A stretch of DNA of 64,000 nt from Paecilomyces variotii (Eukaryota): assembly GCA_004022145.1 (NCBI GenBank), contig RCNU01000006.1. The stretch is one strand, 5' to 3'. This document shows positions 26,365 through 37,423 of this stretch, in pieces. The notes beneath the pieces are model-generated. The model was given only the letters and a program-made list of their open reading frames with translations, made no database searches and was not told the DNA's origin. Position 1 is the first letter of the stretch. The number at the start of each line of letters is the position of its first letter. Both the position numbers and the translations under genes were made by a program.

Positions 26365-27141
26365 ATGTTTGCCAGTAAACGTCTGAGCAAGGCAAGCCAC
26401 AACACCCGCTTTCCCCGCACGGTCAGTTGATTCTCTCTTTGCTAACGCAGAATACACAGGAGCTGGCTAAGGTACGTACCTAGACTTCTACTCTTCCTTA
26501 TATCTCTATCGCCAGTTGCCTCGTATCATCTTTCCGTCTTACCTACATTCCGGAGACCAATGCGTATTCTGAAACGGCAAAGGGACCGTTGCTAAATCGA
26601 TGAGCAGATGCACGGCCACCTACCGCCGGGGATCGAGATTGCCAAAGCAGAGAACCTCGAAGAATGGCAGATGGATATCAAAGTTCTGGATGACAACCCT
26701 CTCTACAAGGATCAGACCTACCGGTTGAAGTTTACCTTCAGTTCCAAGTACCCCATAGGTACGTGGAAATCTGGGCATTCCCCATCCTGCCCAGTTTTCT
26801 ATTACTTCTATACATTAGCTATCTCATGACGTGCTACCGTTACTAACAATACTGTAGAGCCACCGGAAGTCCAATTTATCGAACTCCAACCCAGTTCCGG
26901 AACGCCGCGGCCTATTCCCATCCATCCGCATATCTACAGCAACGGAATCATCTGTCTCGATCTGCTGAGTTCTGTGGGCTGGTCTCCAGTGCAGACAGTA
27001 GAGAGTGTCTGCATGAGCATACAGAGCATGTTGACCGCAAACACACGGAACGAGCGACCACCGGACAACAATGACTTCGTGTCCTACAATCGCCGAAGGC
27101 CTCGCGATATAAATTTCTACTATCATGACGACAATGTTTGA
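26365..27141 (+). CDS. Ubiquitin-conjugating enzyme E2, UBE2W-like, 4 exons
   Basis: MFASKRLSK|ELAK|MHGHLPPGI...FSSKYPI|EPPEVQF...HPHIYSNGIICLDLL...WSPVQTVESVCMSIQSML...YHDDNV*; the HPHIYSNG variant is typical of UBE2W. Confidence 0.88.
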
Positions 27142-28149
27142 TGTCCTGTTATGCTTTGATGCGTCTTTCATATTTATACATTCAATGACGAGTACGATGG
27201 GTTTTGGATGATCTTCTCTCATGCACCTGCGGCAGAATTCGTTTCGGTCGTTCCGTGCCCACTACATTTGCATCGGCGCTAGACTGGGTTCGTTCGATTG
27301 GCTCTGGTGGACAGCCTTTGCTGATTTCTATATCTGCACTTTCGGACTGTTTGCATGTTCCTGTTTCCCAGACTGTTTTCCCTAGCATGGCCTTTTTCCT
27401 CATTCCCAAGAGATGATATGAATTATATGAATTCACATATTCCCGATATGGATGGCAAAGTCCGCTCGATCCCCGTAATCATTCATGCTCTAGCCGACTA
27501 CAAGTCCACGATGAATGGGCGGCCCTAGATGAATACATCTCCCCCGCTTCTGACAGTATTTAAGACACTAGAGAAGAGCCCCCGATCCCAAGACTTTCCT
27601 TTCCAATACTCTCCTCAATATATCTGGATCTCAACCCTGCATCATGTTACCCGCCCATATATATAGACATTATAATGTTCTACATTCCTCCATACACTTT
27701 GATTGGACTCGAGCTTCTACCTCCTTAAACTGAGGAACTCGGGCGTTTTCCCCATTACTCGTTCAACTACCATTCGTTACCGAAAACCGGATCATCTGCC
27801 GGAGCTTCTCGAGAGAGCAGATAACGTATTTTTGCTAGATTCTCAAATTGTTTTTATGTATCACGGAGTAGACTATTGTCATTCACCACAACCCAAAAGC
27901 AACTTATTATATCTAGATGCAGGACGGGGGGGGAAATCACGAGTTTGTGTTCATGGAAAGACAAGCATTGATGTTTTTCATAAAATTGCCCTCGGATGCT
28001 TATCTTTTATGTTTGCCCTGCGTTACCAGCTGATCTACCATGAAGGTAAAGACTCACTGGACAACAAATGTTTCTGAAAATGTGGACACGCTTGATATCC
28101 TAGATTGCTGCTATACTGGGCAGGTGACCCACGGTACTTAATGGTGCGT

Positions 28150-28950
28150 GGCAGGCATCGCAAATCCTCGTTGCATGCGACGCCAATCAGAACTACTCGT
28201 GCGCGCACAGGAAGTCTCCGAATTGCCCCGTGCTAATTGTTATTCTAAGCGGTGGTATAGAAACCACTTGGTGCATGCAGTGGGGTTTGTATATCGGTGG
28301 TTGTTATCCGCGAATGGGTATGAAAGTGATTATAGTATGCGTCTTGTTCAATAAGATCCTCACTCATGGAGCGGATGTTTGAGCTGAGAGAACTATGTAA
28401 GTATGTATATCCCGCGATGTGGTTAGGAGGGTGAATAAGTGCTCGTGCTGATTCGTTTGTTTGAACAGAAAGATTCTGCGGAGCGTAAAGAGCGCTTCAC
28501 CAACCAAGAGAAATTTCGGAAATGGACGCATCTCATTGTTTGTCTCTCGAGTACGTGGCGCGATGAAAAGCTTCTCAACGTACAGAAACATGGATGAAAC
28601 GGATTCATGCCTATGTCCGCACTGCCTAGGTATGCCAGAGCAGAACTCTAACGAGTTGAGAGAGGTTTTTAATAACCTTGAAGGCTCGAGAATGGAGGAG
28701 ATTGTCCGCCAGCGGTTTATATACTGAATGCGATACGCTCGGGGAATTAATGGTCGAACAATCTATGGAGCGTTTCCACAATCACCTTAAGGGACATAGA
28801 TCCCACCGCTCCTGTGAAAACCTCCTGCTGCGGCTACACCCCTTGGAGTCGCCAGAGAGTAAGTGCTGTTTGTCACCTTTTGTTTTGTCAAACTTGATCC
28901 TTCACTTCTCAAGTACTTACTGGTACTAATTGATCATTTCTAGGGCCAAC
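28150..28950 (+). pseudogene. Decayed multi-exon gene with zinc-finger-like (C2H2-like) fragments
   Basis: Intact-looking introns (28397-28468; 28859-28943) and broken motifs: C-P-RANC...RNHLVH, RFCGA*/KERFTNQEKFRKWTH, CPHC, EC...FHNHLKGH. Frameshifts and stops are needed to link them. Confidence 0.35.
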
Positions 28951-29295
28951 TGGCCGCCAAGTGCCTTCGGGGGAAAAAAAATTGCTGCATCTAGTCTCAT
29001 CTCGTTCCTAACGTCAGAGACCTGGATGTCGTTCGATGCCCCCGGTTGATATCATTCTCCATCTTTGACTGCTGTTATAGTTTTCTGGCTACCAGAACCC
29101 CTGAACTCGAAAGCAGAAATCTCGCATATAAACATGGCCAAGTGCCTATGGATGCAATCTTTGGGAACAATCCTCCCCTGGACTCTTTTCAGAGAAGAAC
29201 GGCTTAATAATTAGCACTGTCATCGAGAAAGTGTTTGATTTGACACAGGCGTCTTGGTCATTGTTCCAGATTTGCCAGAGAGGTCAATGTAGAAC

Positions 29296-29796
29296 GTGTT
29301 GATGCACTGGCTGAATGAGGACATCAGCGATTTCAAGATCCGAATCATTGATGGAGAATGGTCCAAACTAGACCACGGCGTTGAGAAAGACAGCGAAATT
29401 CTGACTGCTGGCGAGATAGAGATCCCACTCCTCAGAAGTACATACTTCCCAGCGTCCAACTCTGCCGAAACCACCCCGCTCCTTTCTCCCTCACTATCCA
29501 ATACAATGTCAGTCAGAGCGCCTCTGGTCCAGGGTGGCCATATTCGCGATCCGTTGCGCGTCCCGGAGGCTTTCATCTCCAGAACCCTCCCTGAGGTTTA
29601 CAACAATACTATCGTGGTCGCTGCTACCCATCCCGCCCTCAACAGCACGCATGCCACATCTGACGGTTGGTTCCTCTCGGATTTTTATGCCTTCAACTAC
29701 CTTCTGAAAGGCATGGGCCATCCTGGAGACAAGGATCAGAATGTGTCAGGCCAGGTTTTGCATGCATACCAGATTCCTTCATCTGGATATGGATAG
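29296..29796 (+). pseudogene. Truncated fragment of a fungal accessory protein family (motif DGWFLSDFYAFNYLLKG)
   Basis: Protein-like segment IVVAATHP...DGWFLSDFYAFNYLLKGMG within an ORF lacking a good start; terminates shortly after the motif. Confidence 0.45.
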
Positions 29797-29851
29797 CGAC
29801 CACCACTCCGCGTGGTAATCTTGCTTCCTATCTAATTGTACTCGACGAGTC

Positions 29852-29854
<3 letters not shown>

Positions 29855-29882
<28 letters not shown>
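29855..29882. repeat. Homopolymer C28 tract
   Basis: 28 consecutive C directly visible. Confidence 0.95.
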
Positions 29883-31278
29883 GGGTTGTCAGCTCTTGTC
29901 GCCGGATTTTGACAAATTCGAATGCGGATTTCCAAGCATACCTACAGAGGATTTCCGGCAGGCCACAGGCCACGATCCTCAGGCAATGGCGCCAAGACAC
30001 TTTGTTCAAGGTGCCATTGGAATTGTTCCAACATCTGACACTGTCGCTGAGTGAGAGCGTCAGCAATCATGGTTTGACAATCTGGCCTAAGTATCACCGG
30101 GAGGATGTGCCAGCTGCTTGTGCGGTACTGCAAATTGCTAACCCCGACGTTCCCAAGCTTTCTGGACTGCGAGTGAGCATTCGACTGCATTTTCGGATAA
30201 GTTATTTACAGATTCGCTGGCACCGTTCCTTTCTCTTTTTAGCCGCAGAGTGGGATTCTCTCCGTATCCACTGAACTGGTCTCGCTTCGTCATTACCAGA
30301 TTTGGAAGGATGGTACTTGGATTTCGTTCAGACTGCTGCAGCCGATTCATTAGCAACAATGCTGGGCTAAGTAGGTTAGTGTAGTAGTTGAGTTCTGTCT
30401 ACTAGCTGGGCTAACTGTTTTTATAACAGCCATCGACTTTTTCTATCCGGTATACGCAGGCTCTAGCAAGGAGCCCGATTCCATGATATAACCTGATTAC
30501 AAGGTATTACAGATTTCATCCCACTGCAGGTACTGTGCAGGTCCCGCGCACACAGAGAAGAAATATATGGATATCAGCAAGCTACCTTCCAGTGGAAAGA
30601 ACCGAGTAGGTTATACACCTGAGCTTCAGGAGAAGAATCAGCTAGTATTATGTGAGCGCTATCATCGTTCTGACGAAGCATCAATGAGATACGATCTTTC
30701 GCAGTTGGAGTGGCTGCGTATCTAAGAACATAGAAAACTCCGGCAACAAACTTGTGCTTCTCGAGAAGGACACAAGTGGAAACGATATCTGATCGACTTC
30801 TGCAGATAACTGCTGCGGTGCTCTGTTTACTTTTACAGAAACTGCATAATCCGGGACTGGGAATGCTTCCTTCGAACTTGGGAGGGCCGGTATCAATGTT
30901 ACTCGGGCCTTACATACCCTGGGTTCATCTTCTGCCTTCTCCTTCTCCTCGTCGTGTTCCTATACTTCTCTTTACTCCTTTTAGGAATACACAACTTCGG
31001 GGGCTTGTTCCTATACTGCTCTCTTCTATTGGCTATTCTTGTTAGCCCGTCTCACCAGAACGAGTTTTCACCTGCCAGTTTCTCTCCCCGTCTGACAATC
31101 TGAATACGCGATATGGCTTCCGTTACGTCCGGTATACCGCTAACCATATCTTCTTAATTTTTATTGAATTAAAAACTGGAATAAAAAGTGCTTTCAAAAG
31201 GATACTCTCAGGGACTGGTACCTTGTCGCTTCTGACTTTTTATATAATTATCTTATTAGCTTATTCGATATCCGAGCA

Positions 31279-32343
31279 GATGATGTCGACGCCGAAGTCA
31301 GCGGAGCAGCTGACGGTCTCGAAACAAGAGACAAGAAAGAGCATTTCGAGCTCTGAGAGCTCTGGTCCCCCCTCTTCCAATGATGGTTCTCCTCAGAATC
31401 CTATCGTCGAGTACTTCCGCCACACCAAGGAGAGTACCCAAGACCGAGTCTACCAGGCGCGCCGAGTCCGTACCATCGGCCGCAACTGGCTAAAGACCGT
31501 ACCTATGTATCGAAGCATATATATTAATACTGTTAATAGGGTCCCGTTATAAACCAGGCAAGCTCTCGTCTCGCAGGACGGCGCCGAAATATACTTGTCT
31601 ATTTTCAAGTACGGCTGGGCATAAGAAAGGTATATCAATGGAAGTCCGAGACTGAGGGCTGGCCATGCCAAGATGAACAGATTTGGTCCTTACAGACTTG
31701 GCGATTGTGCCGCGATGATTGAATTTGTAAAGATCATCATCGCTATAATGCTGTACGTCCTGCCGAAAAGAGGGAGGGAGGAGGGGTCCTCCGCCTGGGG
31801 CTGGTGGTAGTGGGATCGCGGTAGGAAACGTTCTTCCTCGGCCACCTCCTCTTTGACTTCGTGCCCTGGTATCTGGTAAGTGCCCCCTCCCTTCCATGAC
31901 GTGCCATGGCCCTTGGCCAACAAGTGTGTAGCCTCTGCTTGTGGTCCCGTGCCTCTAAAACAAAAATACAACGACACCAACTCCTCCTGCGTGATGCCTC
32001 CAAAACATGTGATGAGCGGAGCTGGTAAGTCCCCTTCCTATCCGAGTCGAGGAGGTTCTAGCTAACGCTCAGAAGTGGCTCCTCCATCAACCCCGGCCGC
32101 ACGCATCCGTCCCCCCCCCCCCCTGCGGGCAGTCCAGAAGGTAAGTGATCCTTTCCCGTCGAGTTGTCCATTACTGATATGGTGAATGTAGCTCCGATTA
32201 TCGTGCCCAGTGAGACGGGTTCTGACTCCTCCGACGTCTCCGAACTGCTTCGGCAGTTGCGCGGGCTCCTGTTGGAGTTCCGGTTCGGTTCAGACTTGAG
32301 CCGGTTCACGCTCTATCGGACAATTGCTCTTCTTCGTGGATAG
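31279..32343 (+). pseudogene. Degenerate multi-exon gene with a Cys/His-rich segment
   Basis: ATG ATG start, canonical introns (e.g. 32025-32071 GTAAGT..GCTAAC..CAG; 32141-32191 GTAAGT..TACTGAT..TAG); broken segment LCRDD*ICKDHHRY/CCTSCRK with a stop and a frameshift. Confidence 0.4.
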
Positions 32344-33449
32344 GCTTCGACTGGGTCCTTGATGACAATTAGGCTGTAAGCCGAACGCTTCAAGGTGTCC
32401 CAGAAGGGCTAAACTGCAACTATCAATTGGCAACACGCGTTCCGAGTGTCGTTGCGAAACATGATACTCCGAGTCGTACCCAGACGACGGCGGGGTCTAC
32501 TTTCCTCTCGCTGATGGGCTGGGTTAAGATATATAGGTCTCTCACGTGGCTCCTAAATCCTTGACTGGAGAAATACATCGTTGGCCCGATGTCAACCTTC
32601 CAGAGGTCAGCAAGGGAGTGAGCCTACTTCTTGTCAATCGACGAGAAATATCTCTCCTGGACCAAGGGCATTGCCGAATAGGCTCCCATATGCAGGAACT
32701 CTGCAAAATGTCTACGTGCACATGTCCGCCTAGGCTACTCAAATGAGTTATTCAGATCGCCGTTCGGCCAGTGGGCGAATTCGGAACTCTCTATGTTTGG
32801 CCAGGGATCTGTGCGAACACTTGGGTTGATGAGAGACGATGATGAAAATCGAACACTGCAGAAACAGAAAGCCTACATCTATCAGAGATGCAATAATCCT
32901 AACACTCTTACAACCGTTTGGTCTATCCCAGAACTTTTCACAGATTCACCAATTGTTCGCCTTTTGCGGGAAGTTCTGTACCGCGACTACTTGTATATCT
33001 CCTTTTCGAATGCTCCAGTCCGTGCTCGCCGATTGCTTTGGGGCATCTCTGATCGGATGACATTCGGATTTAAATATTGGTTGGCTTTTTCTGTTTATTT
33101 TCAATATTACCTTATATGTCTTACCAATATGTTACCTCCAAGGTGCCCGGAGGGATGACGGCCCCTGAGTTAAACTGGGCGAGCATAGTAAACGCTACCG
33201 TTGAGATGCTACAGACCCCAGGAAGAATTATGATTAGTTTCTTGATCAGTCGTTGAACTCCTGCCAGTCATCTTTCAACCTATATAAGCTCGTTCTCAGT
33301 GACTGAACTGAGATGAACACTAACATTATCAAGGTGCATTACAACCCCAATAACAAGACCGGACAACCTAAATCAGCAGAGCATGGAAAGCCATATGGCT
33401 ACTGGGTTTGGACTCCGTTGGTGATGCTCAAGCCATGCTCGGACGGTCT

Positions 33450-33900
33450 CTTGTGGTTAACCGCAAATATAGAAAGCTCGGTCTCCTTATCGAGGGTCTT
33501 TTCCACAGACTCTACGGGTCCTTATTGACTCTAGAAAAGAGCCAGTTTTGTTAGTTCCGCATATAATCGACCGGTGCAGTCTCTCGTCGTAGAGAGTGGA
33601 TGGAGTGAATCTTTGTCCCGACCCAGGGAGGACATGAATCTCTGGCTGATCCGTGGCCAGTGACAACTTAAAGCGACAATTATACTCAACTGGCAGCTAG
33701 CCACAAATTCCAACACAGTTTGAGGTGTCGAGCTGTACACCTTTGATAGCAATAGAATGCCTCATTTACGACAAAACGTCATCATCTTCCCAGTGGTAAA
33801 CATGAGAGTGCGCGGGGACTTAAGAGAAGTTCACGAAGAATCTAGGGTCAAACACCTAGGCGAAGGTCTTCGATAGACCTAAGGGGAACCGACGATGAAA
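33450..33900 (+). pseudogene. Pseudogene of a fungal PD-(D/E)xK / Uma2-like restriction-endonuclease-fold family
   Basis: TGPY..SRKEP (frameshifted), then QSLVVESGWSESLSRPREDMNLWL..*..ATIILNW...VELY...Q.VIIFP, matching the fungal KEPD...P(S/T)LVVESGWSES pattern; in-frame TGA stops. Confidence 0.6.
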
Positions 33901-34099
33901 CTGAAGAAGAGTGCAGCTATTACTATATAATCTCATCAGCCATTATCAATGATATAGAAGGAACATCAATAACCCATGCAATGGCATTTCCTTGCGGGAC
34001 AATTTACAGCCATGGAGGATTTATGTAGTGGTACCTCAAGGGGCTATGGATTGATGATCAGAACCGCGTTGAAAGAGCAGCCACGAACGCTGTAAAGCC

Positions 34100-34700
34100 A
34101 ACCGGGCTATCTTGACCGATGTACGTGTTGGAGCTCCGTCCCCTCTCCCTTCAAATCTAAACAAGCTAACAGTATCAAGCTTCGGGCTTTTCAATCATTA
34201 CCAGCCAGTACGGTTACACGCGCTACGACCAGCGCCTCCGACAATACTCTCCGGTTTGATCTGCAAGCCGTACTCGATGCTGAGGCGCAGGCTCGCCAGG
34301 AAGTAGCGACAGTTTGGAACTAGCAGAGATTGATTTGAGCCACCTCCTGGGGGCTCCCATCTCGTAAAGACTACTATAGTATGCGAGAATGGATTTGGCA
34401 TCAAATTTTCTACTCTGCTAGATTCTGGAGCAAACGGACTCTGTTTTATCAACCGCTCCCTGGTCCCTTCAATCACACGGTTCCTAGGTACGTCCCTAGA
34501 ACCTATGAAACACCCCATGTTTATCAACGGTTACGACAACGGAACTCGGGAAGAGATCACCCATATACTGGTAGCCCACCTCAAGATCGATGGACGACGC
34601 TGTCAGGACCTCCCCACTATCGTCGCCAACCTAGGGCACTACGATTTAATGCTCGGAAGGAAGTGGTTGGGGTGAAGGCGAGCCGCTACATTGGTCTCTC
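34100..34700 (+). mobile_element. Ty3/gypsy LTR-retrotransposon remnant (gag end / aspartic protease)
   Basis: Frame 34334-34675 reads HLVKTTIVCENGFGIKFSTLLDSGANGLCFINRSL...INGYD...LKIDGRR...IVANLGHYDLMLGRKWLG*: retropepsin DSG triad at 34421 plus the D-x-x-LG-x-x-WL motif. No RT or integrase follows. Confidence 0.8.
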
Positions 34701-35020
34701 TTTGTCGCTCATGAAGGTCAACCTGGTTCGGTGTACCAGGTTAAGGGAGACGCGGAATGCATGATATACTATCCTGCAACCCGTTTGATAGATATGCTCA
34801 GCTACACCTCACCTGCAAGCTCTCTTTGCATTATTTGAGTCCTTGTATCTGTTGGGTTTACAATCTTCACAGTGGAATCTCCCAGCTCATTATTACTAGG
34901 TCCTTTGTTCAATTGGAGGGTCAATATGGGAGTAGCACCTTTAAATCCTGCGTTAAAGCACAGATATAGCTATTTTCCTAGGCACCTCAACATAACTTCC
35001 ACTCGTACCCTCCTATTTTG

Positions 35021-36839
35021 ATGTCACTGGGTGAGAGAGCTTATATATATATATATATTTTGTTTTTCCTTTTTATTCTGACCCTCTTATACTTTCACCA
35101 TTGAGGCAGACAGATCAATTATTTTGTCACATACAGGCAGCAGACGGAGCCGCGGCGCAAGACGAAGGAACCGTGGTAGGGGCAGTGACCATGCCCCATC
35201 ATTTTTGTCTTTTAGCAAGCTAAAGTCTCCAGCACGAGAGAGCTACCTCCAGATAGTCACAGCAGACATGGCGGAATCCACGAGACAAGACGACCTCAAG
35301 GAAAAGAACAGGGCCCTTCAGAAGGACTTCGCCAACCGGACCAGAGAGCCGAGACGTACGCCAGTTCCGATACCACACGATCTCTCATGGCTGTTAGCAG
35401 CAATATCTAAACTCGAGAAGAAAGACGGCCTACAGGTGCAAGCTCCCCTGTCTACCCAGAATGAACATCGAATCCCTGGGTTCTCGCCAACAGCGCACCC
35501 TCGTCGGCTGACCGAAGTTCTCGACTCGCTAGCAACCCTTTTGGTGTCACAACCGAAGCATGAGGTTTTTGCCATCGGTTTACGACCCAGAGGAAGTGAC
35601 CAGAAGCTTGAGTTATTCCTGTCTGGTAATACGCAAATACAGAGCACCACACGCAAGCATCTGAGAGACATCTGGGATTTCATGAAGAGATTATCGGACT
35701 GCTATTATGCTGTTTATAGAGGCGATCCGACTGATTGCTCACCTAGAAATCCTACTAATGATCCTGTGTTTCGCGAAACAGAAGCTCTGTTCGCTCGCCA
35801 TTGCTTACGATTCACTTGGCGGCGGCTCCAACACATATTCAATTTGAAGTTCAACGACCTCAGGGGGATTTCTCCCGCCACGGTACCACCGGGACACCCT
35901 TTTCATTCTGTCCGACGTGCGATTATTCGTGTCGTGGGTGTCTTCTTGCGGGAACAGAATCCCGCATACGGAATGCCAGCAGATGACGACAGGGACGGTT
36001 GGCGTATGCTTCGCATATGTCTGCTTGATGCTCGTAATGCAATCCGGAAATTCCTCGATGAAAGTGGTTTCCAGGGACTTCATATAAACATCGCTCTTCC
36101 CTTCGCGAAGCTGGAAGACTACCTTCGCAAAATCGCCTCTCACTATAATAGTTACGAGATCTTGGTCAAGGCCGCTGTTTCGCTAAGTTGTCGGCCTCTC
36201 TTCACGTTCACAACATCAGTCATGGACCTTCCTGAATCGTCTGCTAGCTTACCTCAGCGCCCCCAGAAACCTGAAGACTGGGAGGCCGTGTTGGAAGATG
36301 CCCTGGGATGGTACAATGAAGAGAATAAGCGCAACAATACTTTGACCCGAGTCATGAACATTGAGGTCATAGCCAAAGACACCGCTTTTATGGCCAAACA
36401 GGATATGTCGAGGACAGCTGTCGTCCATTGCGAAGTCAAGCTATTGGCCGCCATCGAAAGCGAGCAGAGAGAGAATCCTGGACTGCCTAAGGCATACACG
36501 TACATCGGGATGTCAAAACTGTCCTGTACCGGCTGCGATAGCTTCTTCCGTGCATTTAATACCGTTCATAATACGACTTGGACAACAAGAGGAAGCCATG
36601 GAAAGTCATATTACCCATGGATGTTCCCAGAAACGGTGCCGAAACGAGAGGATGTCCTCAAAGCCACGTACTACAACGTCGTCTCTCGGTGGGTCACATC
36701 ATACAAGGGTTATGTTCCTCAGTTTGTGCCGAGGGCGCAATCAGCCCGCAGTACGGGGGTTCTCGGTGATCTGGATGATGAAATTGATGATGTTGTTAGT
36801 TATTTGAAGAACAGGTTGAAACCAGAAGATCTACGATAG
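35021..36839 (+). CDS. OTT_1508-like nucleic acid deaminase, copy 1 (probable 10-nt first exon 35021-35030; alternative start ATG 35268)
   Basis: VVHCEVKLL (36426) and YIGMSKLSCTGC (36501-36536), then TRGSHGKSYYPWMFP; N-terminal VLDSLATLLVS...EVFAIGL typical of fungal members. Confidence 0.85.
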
Positions 36840-37423
36840 ATCGGCCTGTACCAGTGCATTTCCGGATGCTTTTCCTTTTCTGTCTTTTCTTTCCTTCTTT
36901 CCTCGTTTCCATCTCTTGCAATGGTTTACGCAACGCTATTCAGATTGTGGGAATTGGAAATCCTTAATCATAATATTTCTCAGAAGAGGTTTCGGTGGTT
37001 ATCACATTAGAAAGTCTCCGCAGTTAATAGATTTTACTTCTTGCTACAAGCTTCCAATGTTGTAAAGAGAAAACCCGGGCAACATGGCCTTCATTTATCA
37101 CTGTAAATTCATTCTTATTGACCCGGCTAAGGTACCAAAATTATCATATAAACTAGCCCTCATAGGGAATATCAAGATGACACTCCAATGTCGTGAGAGA
37201 GTGCTAAGACAACCTTAGATATTAGACTTTGGAGTGAAGAAATCATAGAAGTGCTGCCTATCGGGAACCGGATTCACCCCTGCCAGTCATGATGTAGTTA
37301 GTTCTCAAGTCTTGCCGTCATAACAAGCAAGGCCGCACTGTCTCTGTTGTGCTAAAAAACAGAAAGAAAGAAAAGAAAAGAAACACAGCAACTCCATGCG
37401 GACCAAAGACACAGTCAACAGCT

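Noticed and set aside
34112-34333. ORF ending in TAG (34304-34306) upstream of the deaminase as an editable premature stop
   Set aside because: Read-through hits TGA after 8 codons, there are no zinc fingers, and the region is explained as a retrotransposon gag/protease relic.
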